64,000 nucleotides of DNA from Candidatus Pollutiaquabacter sp. (GCA_947465495.1 CANIAS010000007.1:444-64443), one strand, 5' to 3'. Positions 38,211 through 47,608 are shown, numbered from the stretch's first letter. Notes: generated from the sequence alone by a model not told the origin. Made by a program: numbers and translations.

Positions 38211-38648
38211 ATGTCAAACGATCAATTCATGAACGCAGCTATTGAAGAGGCACGGCAAGGTTGGGATGAAGGCGGTATTCCTATTGGATCCGTTATGGTG
38301 AAAAATGGTCAAATTATCGGACGCGGTCACAATCAACGGGTGCAAAAAGGCGATCCTGTTACTCATGCTGAAATTGATTGTCTTCGAAATGCAGGCCGCG
38401 TTGGAAATTACAAAGACGTGGTCTTATACTCTACCTTGATGCCTTGCTACCTTTGTGCAGGGGCTGTGGTGCAGTTTGGCATAAAAAAAGTAATCGTGGG
38501 AGAGTCTCGTACTTTTCCTGGAGCAGAAGAATTCATGCGGAGTCATGGTGTTGAAGTGGTGAACATGGATGATGCAGAATGTGTCGAGATGATGGAACGG
38601 ATGATACGGGAAAAACCACAATTGTGGAACGAAGATATTGGCAAATGA
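38211..38648 (+). CDS. cytosine deaminase, Fcy1/CDA-fold type (zinc-dependent nucleoside/nucleobase deaminase)
   Basis: Near-collinear with yeast Fcy1: 'GGIPIGSVMVKNGQIIGRGHNQRVQKGDPVTHAEIDCL' and 'LYSTLMPCYLCAGAVVQFGIKKVIVGE…HGVEVV…ERPQLWNEDIG'. The ATG at 38211 was verified. Confidence 0.7.
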   Translation: MSNDQFMNAAIEEARQGWDEGGIPIGSVMVKNGQIIGRGHNQRVQKGDPVTHAEIDCLRNAGRVGNYKDVVLYSTLMPCYLCAGAVVQFGIKKVIVGESRTFPGAEEFMRSHGVEVVNMDDAECVEMMERMIREKPQLWNEDIGK

Positions 38649-38711
38649 TAGTTTAGGTTCTCCGTAATTAACTAAATAGCACTTTAATATTTTTCGATTT
38701 GTAATTTGTTG

Positions 38712-39524
38712 ATGGATTCACTGGCATTCACCCCTGAGCATCTTGCCGCTTTGCAACGGTATGAAACACTGTTGGAGCAATTGCCTATTTCGGAAGAGGA
38801 GAAGGAGCAGCTGATCAATCACCTGTTGCCTATCTTACACGCGCGTTATTTATCCTTAGTGGGCGAGTCAAAGCTGGGGTTGCTGAACATTCAGCTGGAA
38901 GCATTCGTAATTCGCAGAAAGGTGGAGATGGCACGTGCAGCTATTCATCGAGGTAGTGCGGTGCTGATCGAGGTAATCGAAACGCTAATTGCCGCTGAAG
39001 CGAAGGAGCAACGTGAAAAAATAGAGCACGAAGCCCGTCGCTTACAAGATGCCTTGTTAATTCGTAAAATGGAAGTTTTGGATGAAAAGGAGGCGGCTGA
39101 ATTGAAAAAACTCTTTCGCGAATTGGCGCGTCGTTTGCATCCGGATATTAATCCGAATTTAAGCGATTCCCAACGGCACCTTTGGACGCAGGTTTGTGAC
39201 GCTTACCAACGTGGCGACCTCGCTAAATTAAAAGTATTGATGATCCAGGTTGATGCTCATGTCGATACTCTGGACGCTTCGAAGGTCGGAGTAAATTACC
39301 TGGAATTAATCGAGCGAGTTAAAAGTTTGCAAGCTGTACTTGATGCTAACACAAAGCAAATTGAACAGGTGAAGAATAGCTTTCCGTATACAATTCGAGA
39401 ACTTATGGAAGATGAAAATTGGGTGGCTTCCCAAAATGCTATGACACGAGAAGCTACAGCGAAGGTGATGATTGAAATAGATGTTTATAAAAAAATATTG
39501 GACACACTTCTACCCGGCGAGTGA
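38712..39524 (+). CDS. J-domain (DnaJ-like, HPD motif) protein with coiled-coil N-terminal region
   Basis: 'ELKKLFRELARRLHPDINPN…QRHLWTQVCDAYQRGDLAKL' matches J-domain helices II-III with an HPD loop. The rest is helical and charged. Its stop overlaps the next start (TGACATG). Confidence 0.5.
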   Translation: MDSLAFTPEHLAALQRYETLLEQLPISEEEKEQLINHLLPILHARYLSLVGESKLGLLNIQLEAFVIRRKVEMARAAIHRGSAVLIEVIETLIAAEAKEQREKIEHEARRLQDALLIRKMEVLDEKEAAELKKLFRELARRLHPDINPNLSDSQRHLWTQVCDAYQRGDLAKLKVLMIQVDAHVDTLDASKVGVNYLELIERVKSLQAVLDANTKQIEQVKNSFPYTIRELMEDENWVASQNAMTREATAKVMIEIDVYKKILDTLLPGE

Positions 39525-39525
39525 C

Positions 39526-39912
39526 ATGAGCGGATTGATCAAAATATCACCTGGATTGCTTGCGCTTATCCAAGGTCAGAATGAAGGTTTGATGCCATTT
39601 GCGCGGGAACTGGTTGTGCTGGAATGCCATGTTGCTGGAACATCCTACTTGGAGCTTGAAGAAATAGAGCCGTTATTGAAAGTGGATGATCGGTTTTTGC
39701 TAATCCGTGAACCTGATAACGAGTTTGACACCTTTGCTGTTGCTATTTATACGTCGCAAAAAGTGAAACTTGGCTTTTTACCCAAGGAAAAGAATGAGTC
39801 GGTGGCGCGATTGCTGGATGCTGGAAAACTGCTTTTTGCAGTATTAGTGAATAAGGAGTGGCAAGACGATTGGTTGAAGCTTTCAGTAAAAGTATTCTTT
39901 ATCGATCATTGA
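39526..39912 (+). CDS. HIRAN-domain protein
   Basis: 'LECHVAGTSYLE…LLIREPDNEFDTFAVAIYT…KLGFLPKEKNESVARLLDAG' matches the HIRAN signature (an N-terminal G..Y block, the acidic 'REPDNEFD' hallmark resembling REP.N.YD, and 'lGylP' with a following helix). Length is 128 aa. Confidence 0.55.
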   Translation: MSGLIKISPGLLALIQGQNEGLMPFARELVVLECHVAGTSYLELEEIEPLLKVDDRFLLIREPDNEFDTFAVAIYTSQKVKLGFLPKEKNESVARLLDAGKLLFAVLVNKEWQDDWLKLSVKVFFIDH

Positions 39913-40063
39913 TGGTTTTGGTGCACTTTGCTGCAGGTCGTTTCAAGTGCCGCGCGGTTCACTTTTTGATAACTGTAAGAGGAGGAAGTAATGAGGAAAA
40001 ACACCCGCCTAGAACAAAGGTGAAATTGATAGGTGTCTCGTGAAATCAATTGCTTAACTGCGA

Positions 40064-40651
40064 TCAACTGTTTGCCAGGAGCTGTGTTACTTGCTGAAGA
40101 TGTACCTTTTTTATGTCATCGCGTGATTCCTTGGCGGTTTTGGTGAAATAAGAATGACCGTTTAGGAAACTCACTTGTAGACGGTTCCACTCAAGGGTTG
40201 ATGAAAGTCGCCCTGTTTCAACGAGTTCTTGAAACAAGGTGTTTGCAATAGTATTGAAATCATCCCTTCCGAGATAATCCAAGTCGGCGTCGCAAAGTAT
40301 TTGTTCCAAATGTGTTTGTGGATGCTGTGGGTAGCGTGTCGCTAGAATCATCCCGCAAATGATTGAAAGGTCTTCCGGTGAATACCCGTATTCCGGAAGC
40401 TCTTCCCGCGCAAACGCTGCGCCAATGTTCTCGTGGTCCTCTGCGCTACGAAGGAATCCCAAATCATGATAGAGTGCTGCTATCTTTAGTAGCTCCAGCT
40501 GGTGTTCTTCGATAGATTCGCTTTGTCCAATGCGTTCTGCGGCTGATAGTACGTCCAGTGTGTGGTGAACGCCGTGGTAGTAAAGATTTTTGGGCAGTCC
40601 TGTTTCAAGACGTCGGATGATCTGGTCTTTGATGTTGTCAAAACGATTCAT
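40064..40651 (-). CDS. HD-domain metal-dependent phosphohydrolase
   Basis: 'YYHGVHHTLDV…YHDLGF' H..HD motifs, with no GYP signature. Length is 195 aa. It lies 52 bp downstream of the histidine kinase on the same strand. Confidence 0.65.
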   Translation of the reverse strand: MNRFDNIKDQIIRRLETGLPKNLYYHGVHHTLDVLSAAERIGQSESIEEHQLELLKIAALYHDLGFLRSAEDHENIGAAFAREELPEYGYSPEDLSIICGMILATRYPQHPQTHLEQILCDADLDYLGRDDFNTIANTLFQELVETGRLSSTLEWNRLQVSFLNGHSYFTKTAKESRDDIKKVHLQQVTQLLANS

Positions 40652-40703
40652 GCTGTAGTTTTCAACGCTGAAAATTGTTCAGGAACACTCATCGTAGTGG
40701 TCA

Positions 40704-42395
40704 TTAGGAGTTGTTCGCTAAATCCGGAAAAGCATTACGGATGACTTTTTCTCTTAAAAGCTCTGTGGTGTATGGCTTGATCATAAAATCGTTCATGCCT
40801 GCAGCAGCACATTCGTCAATTTCTTCTCGCGTAACGTTGGCCGTCATGGCGCATATGCGAATGTTTCGCTTAGAAACGTTATCCATTTGACGGATTCTGC
40901 GAGTGGTTTCATAACCGTCCATTTCCGGCATTTGGATGTCCATGAAGACGAAAGTATAATCGTTCTCGGATAATTTATCCAGCGCAATCTGTCCACCTGA
41001 TGCGACATCGACTTCAATTTCTGGGAAGAGGTCGAGCAAACTATCTACCGCTACCATTTGATTGAACTCGTTATCTTCAACCAGTAAAATGCGCTTACCT
41101 GTCAAGTCAACGCTATGTTCATTGGTGCTAGGGTCCGCTACAACAGGTTTTTCGCAAATGTAGTAGGGGATCGTGAAGTGGAAGTCAGATCCCTCGCCCA
41201 GTACGCTCGCTACATTTAATTCACCGCCATGCATCTCTACTAGTTGCTTCGAGATGGTCAGACCTAATCCTGTGCCACCAAACTTGCGGGTAGTATCCGA
41301 GGATGCTTGACCAAAACTTTCGAAGATGGTTCCCAATTTATCTGCTGGAATCCCAATTCCGGTGTCTTTGACGCTGAAATGAACGAGTGGGCGGGTTGTT
41401 GATGGTTCCGAAATGGTTACCGAAATAGTAACGCTTCCTTTTTCAGTGAACTTAATGGCATTACCTGCCAGATTCATAATAACTTGTGTGATGCGCGTCT
41501 CATCGCCTAGAACGTACTCCGGAACTTCTGTGCCAATATTGGTTTGGATGTCAATGCCTTTTTCTTGTGCTTTAAGTCCGAGTATGGTATGTATACTCTG
41601 GATCGTCGTGGTCAGCGGGAATGCCACGGATTCAAGTTCCATCTTTCCAGACTCAATTTTAGCCAGATCAAGGATGTCGTTGATAATTACCAATAGGTTT
41701 GCACCGCTTTTTTGAATGACGTTCAGGTATTTTGATTGTTGCTCATTCAACGGACTTTTGACCAAAAGATTGGTTAAGCCGACGATAGCATTCATTGGTG
41801 TACGAATCTCATGACTCATATTCGCCAAGAATTGTTGACGGAATTTTTGTGTTTCAATCAAGTGATCGCGCGTGATTGACAAGGCTTCGTTGGTGTGCTG
41901 TAACTCGTGCAGTGTTTCATTTAATGTTTGTGTTCTTTCCTGAACTTGTAGCTCGAGTTTTTCTTCTCTTGTACGTGCTTCCTTCAACGCAGATTCATTA
42001 GAACTTCGTAGTCTTTCGAAATTTATTCGAAAAATGTTCAGCACTAATTGAGGATGCTCCATGGACAACTGGTAGAAAAGTTGTTTTGGAATCTCTACAA
42101 CGTGCAAATCGTCCCCGGCTACAATGGTTGCCGATGCGGATGCATCAGCGAGAAAACTTTCCCCTAGAATAGCAAGTTCACCCACTTGCGCCAACAGGAT
42201 ATCTTCATTGTAGATCTTCACTTGCCCGCGGGAAATGATAAACAATGCATGAGGTACAGTGCCCTTTTCGATTAGGATGGTACCTTGTGGATAGTTTTTC
42301 AATTCACTGCTCTCAAGAATATTGAAGGCGAGTTTTTCTTCAATATCTTTAAAAAGTACGCAGCGTGTTAGGTGCTGGTGGTGGGTCAACGACAT
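40704..42395 (-). CDS. hybrid sensor histidine kinase/response regulator with N-terminal cyclic-nucleotide (cNMP)-binding domain
   Basis: cNMP-binding beta-roll (LFKDIEEKLAF…GTILIEKGTVPHALFIISRGQVKI). HisKA 'MSHEIRTPMNAIVG'. HATPase 'GTGLGLTISKQLVEMHGGEL'. REC domain 'ILLVEDNEFNQM…DIQMPEMDGYE'. Confidence 0.75.
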   Translation of the reverse strand: MSLTHHQHLTRCVLFKDIEEKLAFNILESSELKNYPQGTILIEKGTVPHALFIISRGQVKIYNEDILLAQVGELAILGESFLADASASATIVAGDDLHVVEIPKQLFYQLSMEHPQLVLNIFRINFERLRSSNESALKEARTREEKLELQVQERTQTLNETLHELQHTNEALSITRDHLIETQKFRQQFLANMSHEIRTPMNAIVGLTNLLVKSPLNEQQSKYLNVIQKSGANLLVIINDILDLAKIESGKMELESVAFPLTTTIQSIHTILGLKAQEKGIDIQTNIGTEVPEYVLGDETRITQVIMNLAGNAIKFTEKGSVTISVTISEPSTTRPLVHFSVKDTGIGIPADKLGTIFESFGQASSDTTRKFGGTGLGLTISKQLVEMHGGELNVASVLGEGSDFHFTIPYYICEKPVVADPSTNEHSVDLTGKRILLVEDNEFNQMVAVDSLLDLFPEIEVDVASGGQIALDKLSENDYTFVFMDIQMPEMDGYETTRRIRQMDNVSKRNIRICAMTANVTREEIDECAAAGMNDFMIKPYTTELLREKVIRNAFPDLANNS

Positions 42396-42525
42396 ATCGA
42401 ATCGGATTCAGTTCACGCAGTGGTTGAGACCGGTTTGTTTTGGACAGGGCACAAACTGCGCTGTAGGCCAAGGTAATGATTTGGCGGCTCAAAAAAGAAA
42501 TAATTTATGGACAAAACGCTTATAA

Positions 42526-42583
42526 CTTGTAGGTTTGATGCCTTTAAAAAGGTTGATTTTTTTGAGGATTCCTTGTAGGTTTG
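42526..42583 (+). promoter_or_regulatory. candidate nuo operon promoter region with duplicated Bacteroidota sigma-A -7 box (TAGGTTTG matching TAnnTTTG) inside a 13-bp direct repeat CTTGTAGGTTTGA
   Basis: Copies lie at 42530-42537 and 42576-42583, each with a TTG-containing stretch about 20 bp upstream. The second box overlaps the TTG 'start' at 42581, so the ATG at 42620 is the more likely nuoA start. Confidence 0.35.
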
Positions 42584-42619
42584 ACAACTTATAAATTAGA
42601 ACAAAAATTTATCAAAGAA

Positions 42620-42970
42620 ATGGGTGCTGGATCACTGATTGTCTTGATTATTTGTGGAATAGCATTTGCCGGAGGCGGAATTTTGCTCTCGAAAGTATTA
42701 GCACAAACTTCCACCAATGCTCAGAAAGGTCAAGCGTATGAATGTGGAGTTCCGACGCAAGGTCGCTCGTGGATTCAGCTCAATGTGGGGTACTACCTTT
42801 TTGCCATTCTTTTCCTAATCTTCGACGTAGAGCTCGTATTTCTTTATCCCTGGGCAGTCGTTGTGCGTGAAGCTGGTTGGATGGCTTTTTTGGAAATTGT
42901 CATCTTTCTATTTATTCTATTCCTGGGATTCCTCTATGCGCATAAGAAAGGAGCGTTGAAATGGATGTAA
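42620..42970 (+). CDS. nuoA: NADH-quinone oxidoreductase subunit A
   Basis: Three transmembrane helices and the conserved 'YECG…[13 protein letters not shown]' region. The ORF track begins at a TTG at 42581; I chose the ATG at 42620. Confidence 0.8.
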   Translation: MGAGSLIVLIICGIAFAGGGILLSKVLAQTSTNAQKGQAYECGVPTQGRSWIQLNVGYYLFAILFLIFDVELVFLYPWAVVVREAGWMAFLEIVIFLFILFLGFLYAHKKGALKWM

Positions 42971-43512
42971 AAAAAACGTTGGATCCGTTTCCGGGTCAGG
43001 TGCACCAATCACCCGGTGGCGGTATTCTCACTGGCACGTTGGATGATGTGATCAATTGGGCAAGATCCAATTCGTTGTGGCCGTTGGTCTTTGGAACAAG
43101 TTGCTGTGCCATTGAAATGATGTCGACGGCATCTGCTAAATACGATTGGTCACGTTTCGGCTTTGAAGTTGCTCGTGCAACTCCCCGTCAGGCAGACGTT
43201 ATCATCATCGCAGGTACCATTGTCAATAAGATGGGCCCTGTTCTGAAACGACTGTATGATCAAATGCCGGAACCACGCTATGTCATTGCTATGGGTGCTT
43301 GTGCTACTTCCGGTGGGCCGTTTTTTTACAATACGTATAGTGTTGTAAAAGGGGCAGATCATATCATTCCTGTGGATGTCTATATCGCCGGTTGTCCTCC
43401 GCGCCCTGAAGCACTGTTGCATGCCCTTATTACGTTGCAGGCTAAAGTTAAATCTGGCGCACCTCGCGAAAAAATATCGATTCCTGAATTACCTAAACCT
43501 TCCGCGTCATGA
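42961..43512 (+). CDS. nuoB: NADH-quinone oxidoreductase subunit B (N2 Fe-S cluster)
   Basis: '[15 protein letters not shown]', '[10 protein letters not shown]' and 'GCPPRPEA' cysteine motifs. Confidence 0.85.
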   Translation: MDVKKTLDPFPGQVHQSPGGGILTGTLDDVINWARSNSLWPLVFGTSCCAIEMMSTASAKYDWSRFGFEVARATPRQADVIIIAGTIVNKMGPVLKRLYDQMPEPRYVIAMGACATSGGPFFYNTYSVVKGADHIIPVDVYIAGCPPRPEALLHALITLQAKVKSGAPREKISIPELPKPSAS

Positions 43513-43970
43513 TGAGCCACGAAGAAATCAAGTCGCTCATCTTGAATTATTCTCCGGAAGCGGTCTGCGATGAGTCGGGTCCCTGGTTGCAGGTATCGAT
43601 TCAGTCTACCGATTGGTTGCCCTTGGCGGAAGCGCTTCGCAATCATTCGCAGTTGCAATTCGATTACTTGTTTTGTCTGACGGGCGTTGATTGGAAGACT
43701 CATTTATCGGTCGTCTATCATCTGACGTCAAAGGTTTTTGGACATACCGTTGTTGTAAAAGTGAAAATTGACGACCGTATAAATCCGGTGGTTGAAACAG
43801 TAAGTAATATTTGGCGCACCGCCGAACTGCATGAGCGTGAAGCCTACGACCTTTTCGGTATCCGTTTTAATAGCCATCCTGATTTGCGTCGGTTGTTTCT
43901 GACCGATGAATGGGTAGGATGGCCGCTACGGAAAGATTACGAGGATCCGATTAATATGATAAAATTATAA
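43509..43970 (+). CDS. nuoC: NADH-quinone oxidoreductase subunit C
   Basis: '[39 protein letters not shown]' is the NuoC signature. Confidence 0.8.
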   Translation: MMSHEEIKSLILNYSPEAVCDESGPWLQVSIQSTDWLPLAEALRNHSQLQFDYLFCLTGVDWKTHLSVVYHLTSKVFGHTVVVKVKIDDRINPVVETVSNIWRTAELHEREAYDLFGIRFNSHPDLRRLFLTDEWVGWPLRKDYEDPINMIKL

Positions 43971-44028
43971 CTAATAGTTAGTTCAAGGGAATCATTATAT
44001 CCCTACTAAAAGATAAAGCGACGCATAC

Positions 44029-45144
44029 ATGCTTGAGGAAATCGGAACCACTGAACAAGGCGACTTGGTGATTAACATAGGTCCGCAGCACCCGTCCACA
44101 CACGGAGTGCTTCACCTTGTTATTACCTTGAACGGTGAAACGATTAAGAAAGTAGAGCCGCATCTTGGTTATATCCATCGAAGTATCGAAAAGATGTGTG
44201 AAAGTCTGACCTACCGTCAGTTCATCTACAGTACGAGCAGAATGGATTACCTCTCCGCTCACATCAATAATCACGGTTGTGCCTTAGCAGTAGAGCAGGG
44301 GCTGGGTATTGAAATTCCACCTCGTGCGCGTGCTATTCGTGTCCTTTTGAGCGAACTCACTCGATTAGCATCTCATCAGTTGTGGTGGGGAGCCATGGCC
44401 ATGGATGTGGGAGCCATTACTCCTTTCTTCCATGCTTTCCGCGAACGCGAGATGATCAACGATATCATGGAGGAGACATGCGGGGCACGATTAACGATGA
44501 ACTACATGGTGCCCGGTGGTGTGATGTTTGATCTTCATCCTAATTTCGTTACCCGGACCAAAGATTTCCTACGTTTCTTCCGATCTAAATTTAACGAGTA
44601 CGATGAACTGGTCACGAATAATATCATCTTTCAAGAACGTATGAAAGGTGTTGGCGTGCTTTCATCTGCCGATGCGATTTCGTACGGATGTACTGGTCCG
44701 GTGGCTCGTGCCTCTGGTGTTTCAAGTGATATCCGTAAAATAGCACCGTATGAAGGATACGACCAGCTGCAATTTGCCGAGGCCATCCAAAGCGGAGGTG
44801 ATTGTTTTGCACGCTACCTCGTACGTATGCAAGAAATGCGCGAGTCACTTGCTATCATTGATCAATTGATTGATACTATTCCAGATGGTGAGTTTCAAGC
44901 TAAGACTAAAGCCGTGTTGAAATTGCCGAAAGGCGAATATTACTCAAGAGTCGAAACTGCCCGTGGCGAATTTGGAGTTTACATCATCAGCGAAGGTGCA
45001 ACCACGCCTTATCGTATGAAGTTCAGGTCGCCTGGTTTTTCCAATTTGTCTGCGCTCGATCATATGTCGCGCGGATCCAAAATTGGAGATCTGGTAGCTA
45101 TCATGGGTTCTCTGGATTTAGTTATTCCGGATATTGATCGTTAA
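44029..45144 (+). CDS. nuoD: NADH-quinone oxidoreductase subunit D
   Basis: 'NIGPQHPSTHGVLHL…EPHLGYIHR…RMDYLS' is collinear with Nqo4/NuoD all the way to 'LDLVIPDIDR'. Confidence 0.85.
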   Translation: MLEEIGTTEQGDLVINIGPQHPSTHGVLHLVITLNGETIKKVEPHLGYIHRSIEKMCESLTYRQFIYSTSRMDYLSAHINNHGCALAVEQGLGIEIPPRARAIRVLLSELTRLASHQLWWGAMAMDVGAITPFFHAFREREMINDIMEETCGARLTMNYMVPGGVMFDLHPNFVTRTKDFLRFFRSKFNEYDELVTNNIIFQERMKGVGVLSSADAISYGCTGPVARASGVSSDIRKIAPYEGYDQLQFAEAIQSGGDCFARYLVRMQEMRESLAIIDQLIDTIPDGEFQAKTKAVLKLPKGEYYSRVETARGEFGVYIISEGATTPYRMKFRSPGFSNLSALDHMSRGSKIGDLVAIMGSLDLVIPDIDR

Positions 45145-45178
45145 TGCTTACTAAATTACCAATTGTCAAGACAACTAT

Positions 45179-46255
45179 ATGTTGAGCATCGCAGGTATAG
45201 CAAATAGTATCCATCAATGGCTGAACGAAACGTTCTCGTCCGGGTGGGCTACGTTGCTGGAGTTTGTGCTGGTGGGAATACTGGTCATCAGCTTTTTTGC
45301 CTTTTTAGGATTGGTACTTGTGTTCATGGAGCGCAAGGTCTCTGCGTATATGCAGTTGCGCGTCGGACCGAATCGCGTCGGCTACAAAGGGCTTGCTCAG
45401 ACATTGGCTGATACGATCAAGCTGGTCGTAAAAGAAGGACTCACTCCGGATGGCGCCGATAAATTCCTGTTTAATTTTGCTCCGTTCCTCGTATTAATTG
45501 CTTCGATGCTTTTGATGGCACCAATTGCCTTTGCCAAGGATTTTCAAATCTGGGACATTAATATTGGTGTATTATATATCACGGCTATTTCTTCCATTAG
45601 TGTGATTGGTGTGTTGATGGCTGGTTGGTCCAGTAACAACAAGTATTCGCTGCTTGGTGCTATGCGAAGCGGTGCGCAAATTGTCAGCTATGAACTCTCT
45701 GCCGGATTGGCGATAATGACCATCGTTATTCTTGCCGGAAGTATTCGTTTGAGTGATATCATCGCTTCTCAGGAAAATGGATGGTGGATTTTCAAAGGCC
45801 ATATCCCGGCAATCATCGCATTTGTAATCTACATCATCGCAGTTACTGCAGAAACTAATCGTGCGCCTTTCGATTTGGCGGAAGCTGAGTCCGAACTCAC
45901 TGCTGGATTCCATACCGAATACTCCGGGATGAAGTTTGCGCTGTTTTTTCTTTCAGAATATGTAAACATCTTCATTGTATGTGCGATCGGTGCTACGTTA
46001 TTTCTCGGTGGATGGATGCCGCTGCACATTGGACATTGGGAAGGATTTAACCACATTATGGACTTCATTCCTTCTTCGCTGTGGTTCATGGGCAAGACCT
46101 TCTTCCTGATCTTTTTGATCATGTGGTTCCGTTGGACCTTTCCGCGCCTTCGGATCGATCAGCTTCTTAACCTCGAGTGGAAATACCTCTTGCCAATTAG
46201 TTTGTTTAATCTCCTATTGGTCACCTTCATCGCCCTAATGGGCTGGTACTTCTGA
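45179..46255 (+). CDS. nuoH: NADH-quinone oxidoreductase subunit H; it directly follows nuoD, with no nuoEFG between them
   Basis: Polytopic membrane protein with 'AETNRAPFDLAEAESEL' and 'GFHTEYSGMKFALFFLSEY' signatures. Confidence 0.85.
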   Translation: MLSIAGIANSIHQWLNETFSSGWATLLEFVLVGILVISFFAFLGLVLVFMERKVSAYMQLRVGPNRVGYKGLAQTLADTIKLVVKEGLTPDGADKFLFNFAPFLVLIASMLLMAPIAFAKDFQIWDINIGVLYITAISSISVIGVLMAGWSSNNKYSLLGAMRSGAQIVSYELSAGLAIMTIVILAGSIRLSDIIASQENGWWIFKGHIPAIIAFVIYIIAVTAETNRAPFDLAEAESELTAGFHTEYSGMKFALFFLSEYVNIFIVCAIGATLFLGGWMPLHIGHWEGFNHIMDFIPSSLWFMGKTFFLIFLIMWFRWTFPRLRIDQLLNLEWKYLLPISLFNLLLVTFIALMGWYF

Positions 46256-46277
46256 TCTGATAATATACTGACGAACC

Positions 46278-46757
46278 ATGTCCTTTTTGATTGATTACAT
46301 ACGTACGGTTTACAAGTCGGTGAGGTCGCTGCTCATTGGCATGCGTAAGACCGGCTATTATTTCACCCATCACAAGGAGATCATTACTCAAAACTATCCG
46401 GAAAACCGTGATACGTTGAATCTTCCTGAGCGTTTTCGTGGTGAAGTAGTGATGACACACAACGAAGCCAACGAGCACCGTTGTACCGGCTGCACAGCTT
46501 GCGAACTCGCTTGTCCGAACGGCACGATCAAAATCGTTACTAAATTCGATATTACACCAGAAGGAAAGAAAAAGAAGGCGCTGGATACGTTTGTATACCA
46601 TTTAGAGCTTTGCACCATGTGCAATCTTTGCATTGAAGCTTGTCCTACAAGTGCTATTAAAATGGATCAGGCATTTGAACACAGTGTCTATGATCGACGA
46701 TTATTAACTAAGAAACTGAATAAACCGGATTCTAAACTGATGGAGGGTGTAGAATGA
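46278..46757 (+). CDS. nuoI: NADH-quinone oxidoreductase subunit I (2x[4Fe-4S] ferredoxin)
   Basis: 'CTGCTACELACP' and 'CTMCNLCIEACP'. Confidence 0.85.
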   Translation: MSFLIDYIRTVYKSVRSLLIGMRKTGYYFTHHKEIITQNYPENRDTLNLPERFRGEVVMTHNEANEHRCTGCTACELACPNGTIKIVTKFDITPEGKKKKALDTFVYHLELCTMCNLCIEACPTSAIKMDQAFEHSVYDRRLLTKKLNKPDSKLMEGVE

Positions 46758-47272
46758 GTATTTCAGCCATGTTCTTTTATGCACTTTCAGCTGCGGTATT
46801 GGTATCTGCAGTTTTATCCGTCACATCGAGGAATATCTTCCGATCTGCTATCTTTTTACTATTCTCCTTGATCAGTATTGCCGGAATTTACTTTTGGATG
46901 AATTATGAATTCATCGCCGCTGTACAGACCATTGTCTATGTCGGAGGTATCGTAGTCTTGATCATCTTCTCGATCTTCCTCACCCAGCAAGCGGGTGTCA
47001 GCTTACCGGCACCAATGAAAGGGCGGATGATTTATGCAGCGCTGGCTTCTATAGCTGGATTTGTTCTGGTGGTGATGCAATTGCTGGCCCATCCTTTCAA
47101 AGTGGATAATTCGGTGGTTGCTTCCAGAGGCATTAAAGATATAGGACATGGCTTGCTGGAGACAGGTGCTAACGGATATGTACTACCCTTTGAGTTGGTT
47201 AGTATTTTATTGTTGGCAGCCATGATTGGTTGTATTGTAATTGCATTAAAACCTAATTCCACCACAGCATGA
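46754..47272 (+). CDS. nuoJ: NADH-quinone oxidoreductase subunit J
   Basis: 172-aa membrane protein in conserved operon position. Its start overlaps the stop of nuoI. Confidence 0.7.
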   Translation: MSISAMFFYALSAAVLVSAVLSVTSRNIFRSAIFLLFSLISIAGIYFWMNYEFIAAVQTIVYVGGIVVLIIFSIFLTQQAGVSLPAPMKGRMIYAALASIAGFVLVVMQLLAHPFKVDNSVVASRGIKDIGHGLLETGANGYVLPFELVSILLLAAMIGCIVIALKPNSTTA

Positions 47273-47583
47273 ACGAAGTCCCACTCAGTCACTTCCTCAT
47301 TCTGAGCACTGCGCTCTTTTTTATAGGTGTCTTCGGATTTCTTTCCCGCAGAAATCTGGTAACGATCCTGATGTCATTGGAGTTGATTTTGAACAGTGTC
47401 AATATCAATTTCATTGCCTTTAATCAATACCTGTGGCCAGGTAAGATGGACGGCTTGTTCTTCACGTTGTTCATCATTGCCATTGCTGCCGCGGAAGCCG
47501 CTGTAGCCATTGCTATCATCCTTCATCTATATCGTCATTACCGGTCCATTGATGCGGAGGATGTCGATACCTTACGTTTCTAA
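47269..47583 (+). CDS. nuoK: NADH-quinone oxidoreductase subunit K
   Basis: 104 aa with three transmembrane helices and a conserved Glu in 'AAAEAAVAIAI'. Confidence 0.75.
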   Translation: MNEVPLSHFLILSTALFFIGVFGFLSRRNLVTILMSLELILNSVNINFIAFNQYLWPGKMDGLFFTLFIIAIAAAEAAVAIAIILHLYRHYRSIDAEDVDTLRF

Positions 47584-47608
47584 TCCCTTATAGGCCCAAA
47601 TTCAATCC

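Noticed and set aside
40704-42395. cNMP-binding domain as a Pycsar/CBASS-type antiphage effector
   Set aside because: The domain is fused to a complete HisKA-HATPase-REC signalling core with no toxin or TM effector module. No cyclase gene is adjacent.
42581-42619. TTG-initiated N-terminal extension of nuoA (MTTYKLEQKFIKE)
   Set aside because: It overlaps the second -7 promoter box. NuoA normally begins with its first TM helix, so the ATG at 42620 is preferred.
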